This document shows positions 17,601 through 25,200 of a stretch of 40,438 nucleotides of DNA, in pieces. The stretch lies in the IMG/VR virus record IMGVR_UViG_3300030043_000002. One strand, 5' to 3'. The number at the start of each line of letters is the position of its first letter. Positions within the stretch are counted from its first letter, which is position 1. The translations under genes and the position numbers were made by a program. The DNA is from a virus. The notes under the pieces are model-generated. The model was not told the DNA's origin and did not search any database. It saw only the letters and a list, made by a program, of their open reading frames with translations.

Positions 17601-17916
17601 TCCATCTTCGATTGTTTCTCCAATAACAGGGATTACATTAGGTAATCCAACTATAATAATGACAACGGCCAATTCAACAGTTCAACAGCAAGTCAGAATC
17701 GAAGGTGTTGTCGGTACGGTTCAATTGAATGGAAATAACTATCATGTGATTGCATCGGATTCCACTACAGTAACGATTAATGTAGATTCTTCAATGGGAT
17801 ATGAACCATATATTTCAGGTGGTAGAATAGCTGAAGTTGATGCACTCAATGCTTTTGCAGAGATTGAACTACATGGTATCATAATGGATTGCTCAACCTC
17901 ATCACTACTGGTCTAA
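14632..17916 (+). CDS. large tail or fibre structural protein (1094 aa) with four FCCH-like modules
   Basis: The largest ORF. Modules lie at about 15001..15201, 15625..15852, 16981..17181 and 17620..17823. Confidence 0.65.
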   Translation: MGQKIVVGPFNDKGFRNDVTPFNVDNTSFPSLVNAYQWRGRVKRKRGTSLLGRLTRFFSSLVPSLNTGITTITLDGSGNGNLITGFNLNSTLPNVTIAPGNTTITGTLIYEDPNKDGTLEVSAVITGITLGNPTVLTAVNTFSSGDSVLITAVQGTVELNNNIYTIISVTGTTITIDVDSTTFTAYDMGGFATDLVPEGTINYVTGAINIPAQAGLAVSASFNYYPLLPAMGERDLQLLPTQFPGTIAFDITKAYNVVTAIPYPNYNISFYKNPAANVDLYPGYTPKTNATPVQWNGQNYQQFWTTNYENAFWATNGIPIPFNITNIGMQFTLVTGATIVAAGPPAIVTIAIAASPAVVGDFVFINEVVGITGINFQTGYVISIVAGVSITVEFPNATIAGTYGGGGIVQYLTNNVDPTKDCLRWYDGDPTDGVVNNPVPTPGFGWVNFCPPLSQDFYPIADLPAAKYYLVNARMIVPFKDRLLFLGAVVQSSGGTPIYLQDTIVYSQNGTPYYNVSFSATPNYPLPPVTTPPGYVTMLAPQQQTATPSAFFEDQTGFGGFVSAGLPQPITTSAPNQDVLIVGFSSLKTKLVYSGNDLVPFNFFIINSELGDASTFSTITLDKGVLSRGTRGYTMTGQTDSQRIDLDIPDQVFQMNLTNNGNERFCASRDFINEWIYFTYNANNENDETPTAIFPNQTLLYNYRDNSWALFNESYTSYGAFRRQTGFTWQTVGLVYNTWEAWNDPWNAGNSTVLQQEVIGGNSQGFLIFRDEGTDEAESLAIISFNGTTNTVTVPNHNLTEDSYIQITGCLGTVGNFVNNAIFSVFNVTQNTFQLDPDPMLGSATYIGGGLITLIYVPFIQSKQFPLAWDTGRKTRIGVQQYLLTTTPRSEITLQMFLSQDAANPYNNPPIVPSTSSTNNSLLYSQVLYTCPESTNLGLTPFNASQMMINDPSSGTSPQEQIWHRINTSLIGDTVQVGLTMSDEQIRYLHPSSIVSPITGITLGNPTIIMTTANSTVQQQVRIEGVVGTVQLNGNNYHVIASDSTTVTINVDSSMGYEPYISGGRIAEVDALNAFAEIELHGIIMDCSTSSLLV

Positions 17917-17917
17917 T

Positions 17918-18400
17918 ATGTCATTATCATCAAATATTGTTAATAATGTTACGTTCTTAAGAACTACAAGGGAATTTCCAACAGAATCCGATCAATTATC
18001 GGTTGAACTTAATAAAGCTTATCTCGATATAGCCAATGTTGTTAATTCAAGAATTATAGGTATATTCCCAAAGAATAAGATGGCAATTACAGGAGAGAGT
18101 TATTTCTTAACTAATAATAGACAGCAGACATTAAGACAAGTCTACACTGGTACTTCGACTGCTGCAATACCCCATGGACTTACAAATATCTATAATGCTA
18201 TACCTTTTTTTACAAGGATGTGGGGACAGTATACAGATTCTACGGGTAGATGGTTTGGTTTAATACCAGCAAGTACGGTTGCTATAGCTGGACAAGTTAC
18301 TTTCTATATAGATAATACTAGTATAAACTTTGTCTCTGGTGATGATGCACCTACGCCCACGTCATTAATCGTAATAATCGAATGGATGTCTAATGCTTAA
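17918..18400 (+). CDS. structural-module protein
   Basis: 160-aa ORF directly after the large tail gene. Confidence 0.5.
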   Translation: MSLSSNIVNNVTFLRTTREFPTESDQLSVELNKAYLDIANVVNSRIIGIFPKNKMAITGESYFLTNNRQQTLRQVYTGTSTAAIPHGLTNIYNAIPFFTRMWGQYTDSTGRWFGLIPASTVAIAGQVTFYIDNTSINFVSGDDAPTPTSLIVIIEWMSNA

Positions 18401-18415
18401 TCTAGGAGTAATTTT

Positions 18416-19120
18416 ATGAGTTCAATGTCAGGATCAACAGGTAAAGCACCTCCTCAGATTAAAGAAAAGATTCCATCAGGATTGCGCCAGTTCAACAAAC
18501 AATCTCCTGAACAACAAGCTCTAATGGCTCAGGAATTGCAAGGGGTTGGGCCTGATAGTTATTTATACAAGTTGGCTAATGGCGATCAATCTACCTTTAA
18601 TGAAATGGAAGCACCGGCACATAGACAATTTAATGAAAAGACTGGTGAATTTGCCTCTAGATTTAGTGCTGGAGGTGGTCAAGGATCATTGAGTGCACGC
18701 AGAAGTAGTGGGTTTCAAAACTTTATGGGTGCGCAAGCATCAAACTTTGCTCAAGATTTACAAGCTAAGCGTGGAGATCTTCGCAATCAAGCCATAAGAG
18801 ATCTCCACAACATGAGTACTGATCTTCTTAATATCGATCCTTACGAGCGTTATATGAAGCCCGAGAAAGAAGGAACGAATTGGGGCGGATTAATTGGTGG
18901 TGGCGTAGGTGCTGTAGGTGGATTCTTTGCAGGTGGACCTATGGGAGCTGTATCAGGTGCTCAAGCTGGTTATAGTGCAGGATCAAGCCTAAGTGGTCGA
19001 GGTGGTGGTGGAGGAGGCGGTGGCTGGCAAGGTTCTCCTGGATGGAAACCAAGTTGGAATGGTCAAGGTAGTGGCGGTGGTCAAGCAACAGTTGCGCAAG
19101 CGCAAGGAATATACGCATAG
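18416..19120 (+). CDS. internal virion or ejection protein candidate with glycine-zipper C-terminus
   Basis: 234 aa containing GGLIGGGVGAVGGFFAGGPMGAVSGAQAG followed by a poly-Gly tract. Confidence 0.5.
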   Translation: MSSMSGSTGKAPPQIKEKIPSGLRQFNKQSPEQQALMAQELQGVGPDSYLYKLANGDQSTFNEMEAPAHRQFNEKTGEFASRFSAGGGQGSLSARRSSGFQNFMGAQASNFAQDLQAKRGDLRNQAIRDLHNMSTDLLNIDPYERYMKPEKEGTNWGGLIGGGVGAVGGFFAGGPMGAVSGAQAGYSAGSSLSGRGGGGGGGGWQGSPGWKPSWNGQGSGGGQATVAQAQGIYA

Positions 19121-19128
19121 GATAAATC

Positions 19129-20406
19129 ATGGTAATACAAACTTTAGGACGGTCTAGACCTAATAAACTGAATCAGGCACTTAGTGGAGTCATGGGTGGT
19201 GCTCAATCTTTTTCAGAGGCTATGGGTGTTCAAAAACAAGAACAACAGCGTTTAGAAGAAAATCAAGCTATTAAAAGAGAAACTGGCCAAGATCTCTCTG
19301 GAATCCGTGATGAAAGAACAAGAGAAATGCTACTTTCAGATAAACTGACATCTGGACGAAAGATGAATCAAGCTAATGCAGGTTCTGGAATTAATCCTTT
19401 TTCGCCAAATAGTCCCAAGAATAATACTACAAATCCTACGAAAAAAAATACTGTAAATAATCCAACTGCTTCTCAAGAAAAATTGCCTGTTTTATCTCCT
19501 GAAGAAGTTTGGGCAAAAGGTCAGCAGACGGCACAACAATATAGAGATAATAATGTTCCAATGACTGATGAACAAGGTTTTGAATTACAAAATAGTTTAA
19601 ACACAGAAAATATTAATCATAATAACAGGGTTGAAGCACAAACTGAAGCTTATGGTAATCTCGGTCAAGAAGCTATTGGGCAAGTCATGCCGGATGCTTC
19701 GCCAGAATTAACAGCTATTTTTAGAGGTTATGGAGAAGAGGAAAAGAATAAATTAAGTCCAGCGGAAGCAAGAAAAAGCCTAGCTAAAAAAGCAGCTCAA
19801 TTTAAAAACAAAGTTTCAGCTATAGAAAATAGTATAGGTCCAAGAAGGTTATTTTCAGGAATCGTTCAGGATATATCTGGAACAGGACGCGAAGAAGAAA
19901 AAGTAAATAGAGCAATGAGAGAAAAACTCAAGTTTTTACATGACCAAGGTTTATTCGACACTGAAAGAAAACTTTTAAGTGGATTAGGCTATTATCCTGA
20001 AGAAGTGGAATCATTGGTTAGCAATCTCCCAGAAAATACACAAAAAACTATAGCCCAACTACCAGAGTTTAAAAAAGAATATACAGAGAAACCAAAGTTA
20101 TCAGCTGCTAGGGCAGGAAAGTTGCCTAAACTTATTCATAAGCCAGAAGACTTAGAAAAAATAAAAGGATCTATCGAAAATATACTAACTTCAGATCCAA
20201 ATACTAATTTAATTCTTTTAAGAAAAGAACTAGAGAAAAAAAATGTAGATTGGGAAACATATAAAGACATATTAGATGATATGGTTATAAATGGAAAAAT
20301 CAAATTAAATCCGGATCAAGATTTGGCTTTTACCGATACATTAGATCAACCTCCCTTAACAACACTTGGTAAAATCCTTAAGAAATTTAATTTAGGTGGT
20401 AGTTAA
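19129..20406 (+). CDS. internal virion protein candidate
   Basis: 425 aa, hydrophilic and low-complexity, located between the tail genes and the next internal protein. Confidence 0.45.
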   Translation: MVIQTLGRSRPNKLNQALSGVMGGAQSFSEAMGVQKQEQQRLEENQAIKRETGQDLSGIRDERTREMLLSDKLTSGRKMNQANAGSGINPFSPNSPKNNTTNPTKKNTVNNPTASQEKLPVLSPEEVWAKGQQTAQQYRDNNVPMTDEQGFELQNSLNTENINHNNRVEAQTEAYGNLGQEAIGQVMPDASPELTAIFRGYGEEEKNKLSPAEARKSLAKKAAQFKNKVSAIENSIGPRRLFSGIVQDISGTGREEEKVNRAMREKLKFLHDQGLFDTERKLLSGLGYYPEEVESLVSNLPENTQKTIAQLPEFKKEYTEKPKLSAARAGKLPKLIHKPEDLEKIKGSIENILTSDPNTNLILLRKELEKKNVDWETYKDILDDMVINGKIKLNPDQDLAFTDTLDQPPLTTLGKILKKFNLGGS

Positions 20407-22007
20407 TGGCTGCCGTTATTGCCAGTGCTATAAGTAGAGGATATACAGCTAGAACAATTGTTAATCAATTGGCTAAATTATCACCAAAAGCTGCGAATAT
20501 TATTAACACATTGGGAATCGCAGGATATACTTCAAGTACGATTTTAAGTGTTCTTTCGAAATCAAAATCAAATGATCCCGATCAATATCTAACCGAACGT
20601 GAAAAATATCATAAGAATGTCTCTGCAAATAAGAGAAAAGCAGCTTTGGAAGGTTTAGGGTTATTGGGAACTGTTGGAGCTGTTGCAGCTGGAGGACTTG
20701 CCTTAGCCAATCGGGGAAGAGCTATTCAACCAAGTGATATATTACCTGCTATTAGAGGACAGGCACAAGGGACAGGAAGGGGAGCGACTACTATTCCAGT
20801 CGGACCAAGAGGCTTGCCAAATAGACAACAAATAGGCGATCCTCAGCAAGGAAGAGGCAATCCACCTAAAAATCCTCAATCGCCTAGAGGCTTGGCACAT
20901 ATGATGCCACAACCTCCTATGAATGGAAACCCGAACCAACCCCAACAACCACCACCTTCTCAAGGACTTTCACCGCAAGCACCTCAAGAAACTCCTCAAC
21001 GTGATATTATGAAAAGCGTTGATCTTGCTAGAAGTCTTAAACAAGATACACGCTTTGAAATGGCAATAAGGAGTGGTAAAAACCCTCTCGAAACTTCACT
21101 AATATTACGTTCTGTATTACCTAAGAATGTTGTTGCATTATTTGATAAATCACCACAAGGTTTAGATGGTGCCGTTGAAGATTATAAAAGTTTTCTTGAA
21201 CAAGAAGCACAAAATAAACAACAAGTTCAACAAGAACAACCTCATCCTAATTCAGCTAAAGGAAAACAAGAGGCTAGAGAACAATCACCAGATCTTAAAA
21301 ATGAAAATCCATTGTTGCCAAAAAATGAACCTGTTCAAAATAAAGTTTCAGAACCTGTAATAAATCCTCAAACTCAAACTCAAATTCAACAGCCAATCGA
21401 ACAAAAACCAATCGAAACAGAACCCTTTAGAAAACTTGCAATGTTACCTAAAGGTCAAATTGGAGAGGTTGAATCAATCAATAAGGGAATTGCTAAGATT
21501 AATGTAGAAGGTAAAACTCAAAATGTTAAAGTTAGTGAAATCAAAAATGAGCCTGAAGACGTTGAAGATGCTGTAAGACAGATTGTAAATAGCATTCCTG
21601 AAAATATGAAATCTACAGCTTTGCAAAGTATGGTTCATGTGCCCGGAATGAATTTACTGATAACACAGTTTTATGATGGAAAGTTTGCGTGGTATAAAGA
21701 TGTTCCTGAAGATCTTTATAAGAATATTGCTCTAGGATTATATGAACCAAAAGGACAAGGCAAAACAGGTATTGGGGAATACAAGCCAGGCGTTATGGAT
21801 TCAAGAGGTGCAGGATTTCATAGTCAAATTAAAATAAACCCAAATTATTCCAAAGAAAATAAAGGGATCACGTGGGGATACGCCACTAACGAATATAACC
21901 TATTACATACAATTCAAAAATCTTTACATAAAATTTCTAAGGAAAAATATGATCAAAAAGGAAATCTCAGTACCCCAAAAAAAAGAACAAAACCCAACGC
22001 TGAATGA
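20406..22007 (+). CDS. internal virion protein candidate with C-terminal KTSC-like domain
   Basis: 533 aa with hydrophobic N-terminal segments and a P/Q-rich linker. The stretch STALQSMVHVPGMNLLITQFYDGKFAWYKDVPEDLYKNI fits the KTSC pattern (s..i.sv.y.....L.v.F..G..Y.Y.dVP...y). Confidence 0.5.
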   Translation: MAAVIASAISRGYTARTIVNQLAKLSPKAANIINTLGIAGYTSSTILSVLSKSKSNDPDQYLTEREKYHKNVSANKRKAALEGLGLLGTVGAVAAGGLALANRGRAIQPSDILPAIRGQAQGTGRGATTIPVGPRGLPNRQQIGDPQQGRGNPPKNPQSPRGLAHMMPQPPMNGNPNQPQQPPPSQGLSPQAPQETPQRDIMKSVDLARSLKQDTRFEMAIRSGKNPLETSLILRSVLPKNVVALFDKSPQGLDGAVEDYKSFLEQEAQNKQQVQQEQPHPNSAKGKQEAREQSPDLKNENPLLPKNEPVQNKVSEPVINPQTQTQIQQPIEQKPIETEPFRKLAMLPKGQIGEVESINKGIAKINVEGKTQNVKVSEIKNEPEDVEDAVRQIVNSIPENMKSTALQSMVHVPGMNLLITQFYDGKFAWYKDVPEDLYKNIALGLYEPKGQGKTGIGEYKPGVMDSRGAGFHSQIKINPNYSKENKGITWGYATNEYNLLHTIQKSLHKISKEKYDQKGNLSTPKKRTKPNAE

Positions 22008-22089
22008 AGCCGTAAATGGTCTGAAATTTTTTGACAACCGTTTGAGAAAAGAGTTAAAAAACAGACCAAAAGAACAAAAAAAACCTTAG
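21949..22089 (+). CDS. small 46-aa ORF overlapping the end of the previous gene
   Basis: SD aagga lies 6 nt before the ATG at 21949. Product is MIKKEISVPQKKEQNPTLNEAVNGLKFFDNRLRKELKNRPKEQKKP. Confidence 0.3.
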   Translation: MIKKEISVPQKKEQNPTLNEAVNGLKFFDNRLRKELKNRPKEQKKP

Positions 22090-22244
22090 TGGTATCTTCT
22101 GTCTCTTTTCATAAAATCTATTTCTTCTTTCAATCTTTGAACTTCCATTCGAGTTTGAAGTTTTTCTTCTGACTCCAATTTATCATTATGATTAAGCAAA
22201 AGAAACATTGGAATTGCTATTAACGCAAATATTAACATAAACAT
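22086..22244 (-). CDS. small membrane protein (one TM plus coiled-coil; 52 aa, below cutoff)
   Basis: Product is MFMLIFALIAIPMFLLLNHNDKLESEEKLQTRMEVQRLKEEIDFMKRDRRYH. SD aagga is present, and the start lies 1 nt after the upstream stop. Confidence 0.5.
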   Translation of the reverse strand: MFMLIFALIAIPMFLLLNHNDKLESEEKLQTRMEVQRLKEEIDFMKRDRRYH

Positions 22245-22245
22245 T

Positions 22246-22500
22246 TTACTTTCCTTTATTTCTTTCTTCTATAGAGCAAAGTCTCATCTTAAATTCGCAA
22301 TCCATTCTTTCTAGTCTTCCGTGAAAATCTTTTGATTCTTTATTGATTTCTTCTTTCCAACTTTCGACTTTTATTTCAAAGGATTTCATATCAGCACGTA
22401 ACCATGAAATTAATGCAATGTTCGATCCTATTATTGCAAGTCCAGTACCAATACCAGTCAATATTACTGATGTTTCCATAAAATAATTCCTATAAGTCAT
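22246..22500 (-). CDS. small membrane protein (one TM plus coiled-coil); holin or spanin-like candidate
   Basis: 84 aa (alternative start at Met8, preceded by agga). Contains TSVILTGIGTGLAIIGSNIALISWL followed by a charged helix. Confidence 0.5.
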   Translation of the reverse strand: MTYRNYFMETSVILTGIGTGLAIIGSNIALISWLRADMKSFEIKVESWKEEINKESKDFHGRLERMDCEFKMRLCSIEERNKGK

Positions 22501-22614
22501 TCATTTCCATAAGATTATATCATAACATTGGATATAACACAACATTAAAGATTTCCCTACACAATTAATACATATAGGATTAAATTTAAACTTAACACTA
22601 AATTGAGGTTCATT

Positions 22615-23304
22615 ATGAGTTCACATTTCCAGCCTGGCGCTAATCTCTACGGAATTGCCGTTGGCAGTCGTCCTGAAAATATAGAAGTTCCTCACATTGA
22701 TGTGAGAGTTCCTACTACATTAGATGTAGTATATCCAACCGGGAAATGGTGGCTATTTGTAGGTAATTCTCTTTGGTATTTACTTAATAAGTCGACTATA
22801 GCGGGCCAATTAACAGCAAACTGGGTTGAAGTAGTTGGTGCTTCTGGTGCTATTACAAGCGTTGTAGAAACTACAAATCAGATCACAGTATCTCCTCCCG
22901 TTGGCGGAGTCGTTACATTATCTATCCCAACTACATTTATTGCTCCAGGTACAATTGCAGCTACAGGAACAGTTACGGCCAGTGGTTTTGTAGCCACTAC
23001 AGGAAACTATACTGCAACTTTAGGTAATCTTGTTTTAAGTGGTGCAGGTTCCAAAGTTGATATTAGTGCAGCAACACCAGCTACTGCTTCAGTAGGAACA
23101 GCAACATTAGCAGGTGGTACAATTGTAGTTGCAACTACAGCAGTAACAGCTTCTTCCTTAATATTTGTATCTAGAAACACAGCTGCGGGTACAACAGGTG
23201 AACTATCAGCCCCGGAAGCTTCAATTGTTGCAGGAACAAGTTTCACTATAGATTCCACAAGTGGTACGGATACTTCTACTGTAAATTATTGGATCATAAA
23301 CTAA
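22615..23304 (+). CDS. tail fibre-like protein
   Basis: 229 aa from the ATG at 22615 (SD gagg 6 nt upstream). T/A/G/V-rich beta-type repeats. Confidence 0.55.
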   Translation: MSSHFQPGANLYGIAVGSRPENIEVPHIDVRVPTTLDVVYPTGKWWLFVGNSLWYLLNKSTIAGQLTANWVEVVGASGAITSVVETTNQITVSPPVGGVVTLSIPTTFIAPGTIAATGTVTASGFVATTGNYTATLGNLVLSGAGSKVDISAATPATASVGTATLAGGTIVVATTAVTASSLIFVSRNTAAGTTGELSAPEASIVAGTSFTIDSTSGTDTSTVNYWIIN

Positions 23305-23311
23305 GGATTAT

Positions 23312-23635
23312 ATGGCAATTAACTTTAGTCAAAACGCTTTAGCAGCACCAGAACTAACAGCAACGATGACAGGTACTTTCACCCAAATAGGTACTTTGAT
23401 CGCAAGCCCTGTGATTATCATATTCGATAATCAGGGTACCGTAGCAGTTGCCATCTCCTTAGATGGTGGAACGACTACCTGGAGAACTTTTCCAGCGGGA
23501 GAAGCTGTTCTATTAGACATGAGAGCCAATCATGGAATAGCTCCCAACTATACATTTGCACAAGGGACGTCCTTTTCTGGAAACGGTGCATCAGGCACAT
23601 TTTCGATTTCATATCTTTACGCACAAAACCAATAG
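23312..23635 (+). CDS. hypothetical tail-associated protein
   Basis: 107-aa ORF between two fibre genes. Confidence 0.5.
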   Translation: MAINFSQNALAAPELTATMTGTFTQIGTLIASPVIIIFDNQGTVAVAISLDGGTTTWRTFPAGEAVLLDMRANHGIAPNYTFAQGTSFSGNGASGTFSISYLYAQNQ

Positions 23636-23641
23636 GTATCA

Positions 23642-24811
23642 ATGTCACAAATATACAAACAGGGTACAGGCGGCGGCGGCGGTGGTGGAATCACAACAAT
23701 CGCTGGAGACGTAGGTTCTATATCAGGATCAGCGGTCACCATCTTCGCTAATAATGCTAGTAACGGCTCTGGTTCTTCTGTAAAATTTGTTAATGGCGGA
23801 ACTGTTTCAACTTTGGAAGTCACCGATGCGAGTTTTAATACTGTAATTGGTCAGGGTTCAGGAAATTTATCCCTTCCTACAACATCTCCAGAAAATACGA
23901 TATTCGGGGCGTATAACGCTCCTCTTTTAACGACGGGTTCTAGTTCAAATGTGATTTTGGGATTCAATAATGCTTTAGCTGCAACGACTGCTTCAAATAA
24001 TGTAATTGTTTCCTATGATGGTTTTCAGGTAGCGACATCGGCTTCTTTTTGCACTGGAATTGGACAAAGTACACTTGCTACGTTAACAACAGGAACTTTT
24101 GATTTAGCTTTGGGATCTAGTGCAGGTGATGCATTAACGGGAAGTGATTCATTTAATATCGATATAGCTCATCCAGGTGTTAGTGGCGACAATAATGTTA
24201 TGAGACTGGGGCAGCAATTCCCTCAAAGTGGTGGTGCAGGAATCGCGACCACTTATATTGCTGGAATTAACGGCAACACGATTACAAGTCCCAATATGGT
24301 AACCATAGATCCAACTACAGGCCAGTTAGGTACGCAAGCTATCCCTGGCGCAACAGGTGTTTGGTTTCAAGCTTATTTAACATCACCTCTTACTGTAACA
24401 GCTGGAACTCCAACGACTGTTGTTTATGATACAATAACTAACCCAAGTTCTGGAACAGCTTATAATAATACTACAGGAGTTTTTACAGCTCCAGTAACTG
24501 GTTTTTATGGATTCTCAACAGTAAATTATTATTACAACTTAAACAACCTTATATCAAATCTATTTTCAGAATTATCATATGCTGGAAGTGTACAATCACT
24601 TCGTTTAGAATATGTCGGTATTGGCGCCTATGTTAATACAAATTCATTAATTATGAGTAGTGCGTGGTCGATGCCAATGTCGGCTGGTGATACGGTTCAG
24701 ATACTTGTTGATGCAGACGGAACAGGCATGTATGGTATATTTGGAGAACCTCTTCAAAGTACAGTTCTACCAGCTGCTTCAACTTTTTCGGGAATCTTAT
24801 TATCTACTTAA
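23642..24811 (+). CDS. tail fibre with C-terminal C1q/TNF-like globular domain
   Basis: 389 aa with an N-terminal poly-Gly tract and repetitive N.v.G stretches. C-terminal aa ~239-389 contain FQAYL...VVYDTITN...YNNTTGVFTAPVTGFYGFS...AGDTVQILV...STFSGILL, close to the gC1q signature (F.a....v.FD.v..N....Y...tG.F.cpvpG.Y.F...GD.V.v....s.FSGfLl). Confidence 0.75.
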   Translation: MSQIYKQGTGGGGGGGITTIAGDVGSISGSAVTIFANNASNGSGSSVKFVNGGTVSTLEVTDASFNTVIGQGSGNLSLPTTSPENTIFGAYNAPLLTTGSSSNVILGFNNALAATTASNNVIVSYDGFQVATSASFCTGIGQSTLATLTTGTFDLALGSSAGDALTGSDSFNIDIAHPGVSGDNNVMRLGQQFPQSGGAGIATTYIAGINGNTITSPNMVTIDPTTGQLGTQAIPGATGVWFQAYLTSPLTVTAGTPTTVVYDTITNPSSGTAYNNTTGVFTAPVTGFYGFSTVNYYYNLNNLISNLFSELSYAGSVQSLRLEYVGIGAYVNTNSLIMSSAWSMPMSAGDTVQILVDADGTGMYGIFGEPLQSTVLPAASTFSGILLST

Positions 24812-24824
24812 AAAGAGGTAATGT

Positions 24825-25034
24825 ATGTCTTTTTGCTGCATACCATCAGATGATAAGCCACAAGTCGAAATTGAAATTGATGTCTCGGGGAGCTGCAATT
24901 GCTGCACGCCACCGAGGCATAAAAAACATAAAACACATAATATAAAGAATGTTGAACAGACACGGGAAGTTGAGATGACCGATAAGAAGATCCCTAAACT
25001 TCCTGTTAAGCATCAGGGATGCAACGAGGATTGA
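24825..25034 (+). CDS. small Cys-rich protein
   Basis: 69 aa with SD agagg; last gene of the rightward late block. Confidence 0.45.
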   Translation: MSFCCIPSDDKPQVEIEIDVSGSCNCCTPPRHKKHKTHNIKNVEQTREVEMTDKKIPKLPVKHQGCNED

Positions 25035-25137
25035 TGATTCTTAATCTATGTCCTTTTTCAATCTCATAGAAATCTGAGCATCTATTGCCATCGATAACAG
25101 GTTCACAGTATGTCTGATATTGGCACGGAATCGCCAT
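25006..25137 (-). CDS. small Cys-rich protein, start uncertain
   Basis: 43 aa from the ATG at 25137. The frame stays open up to the stop of the upstream gene at 25201, and the upstream residues (SLCRNEVCPSKLKCYRF) look like part of the same Cys-rich domain. Confidence 0.3.
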   Translation of the reverse strand: MAIPCQYQTYCEPVIDGNRCSDFYEIEKGHRLRIINPRCIPDA

Positions 25138-25200
25138 AAATCGATAACATTTTAGTTTTGACGGGCAAACCTCGTTTCTACATAGTGATATATCAGGAAT

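Noticed and set aside
18990-19030. GGN-rich nucleotide repeats here, and at 23671..23695.
   Set aside because: They simply encode poly-glycine tracts within ORFs and are not independent DNA repeat elements.
21976-22089. Programmed +1 frameshift in the C4A8 tract (about 21973..21984), extending the 533-aa protein by about 35 aa.
   Set aside because: The alternative frame has its own ATG (21949) with an SD 6 nt upstream, so a separate small ORF explains it. No stimulatory structure was seen.
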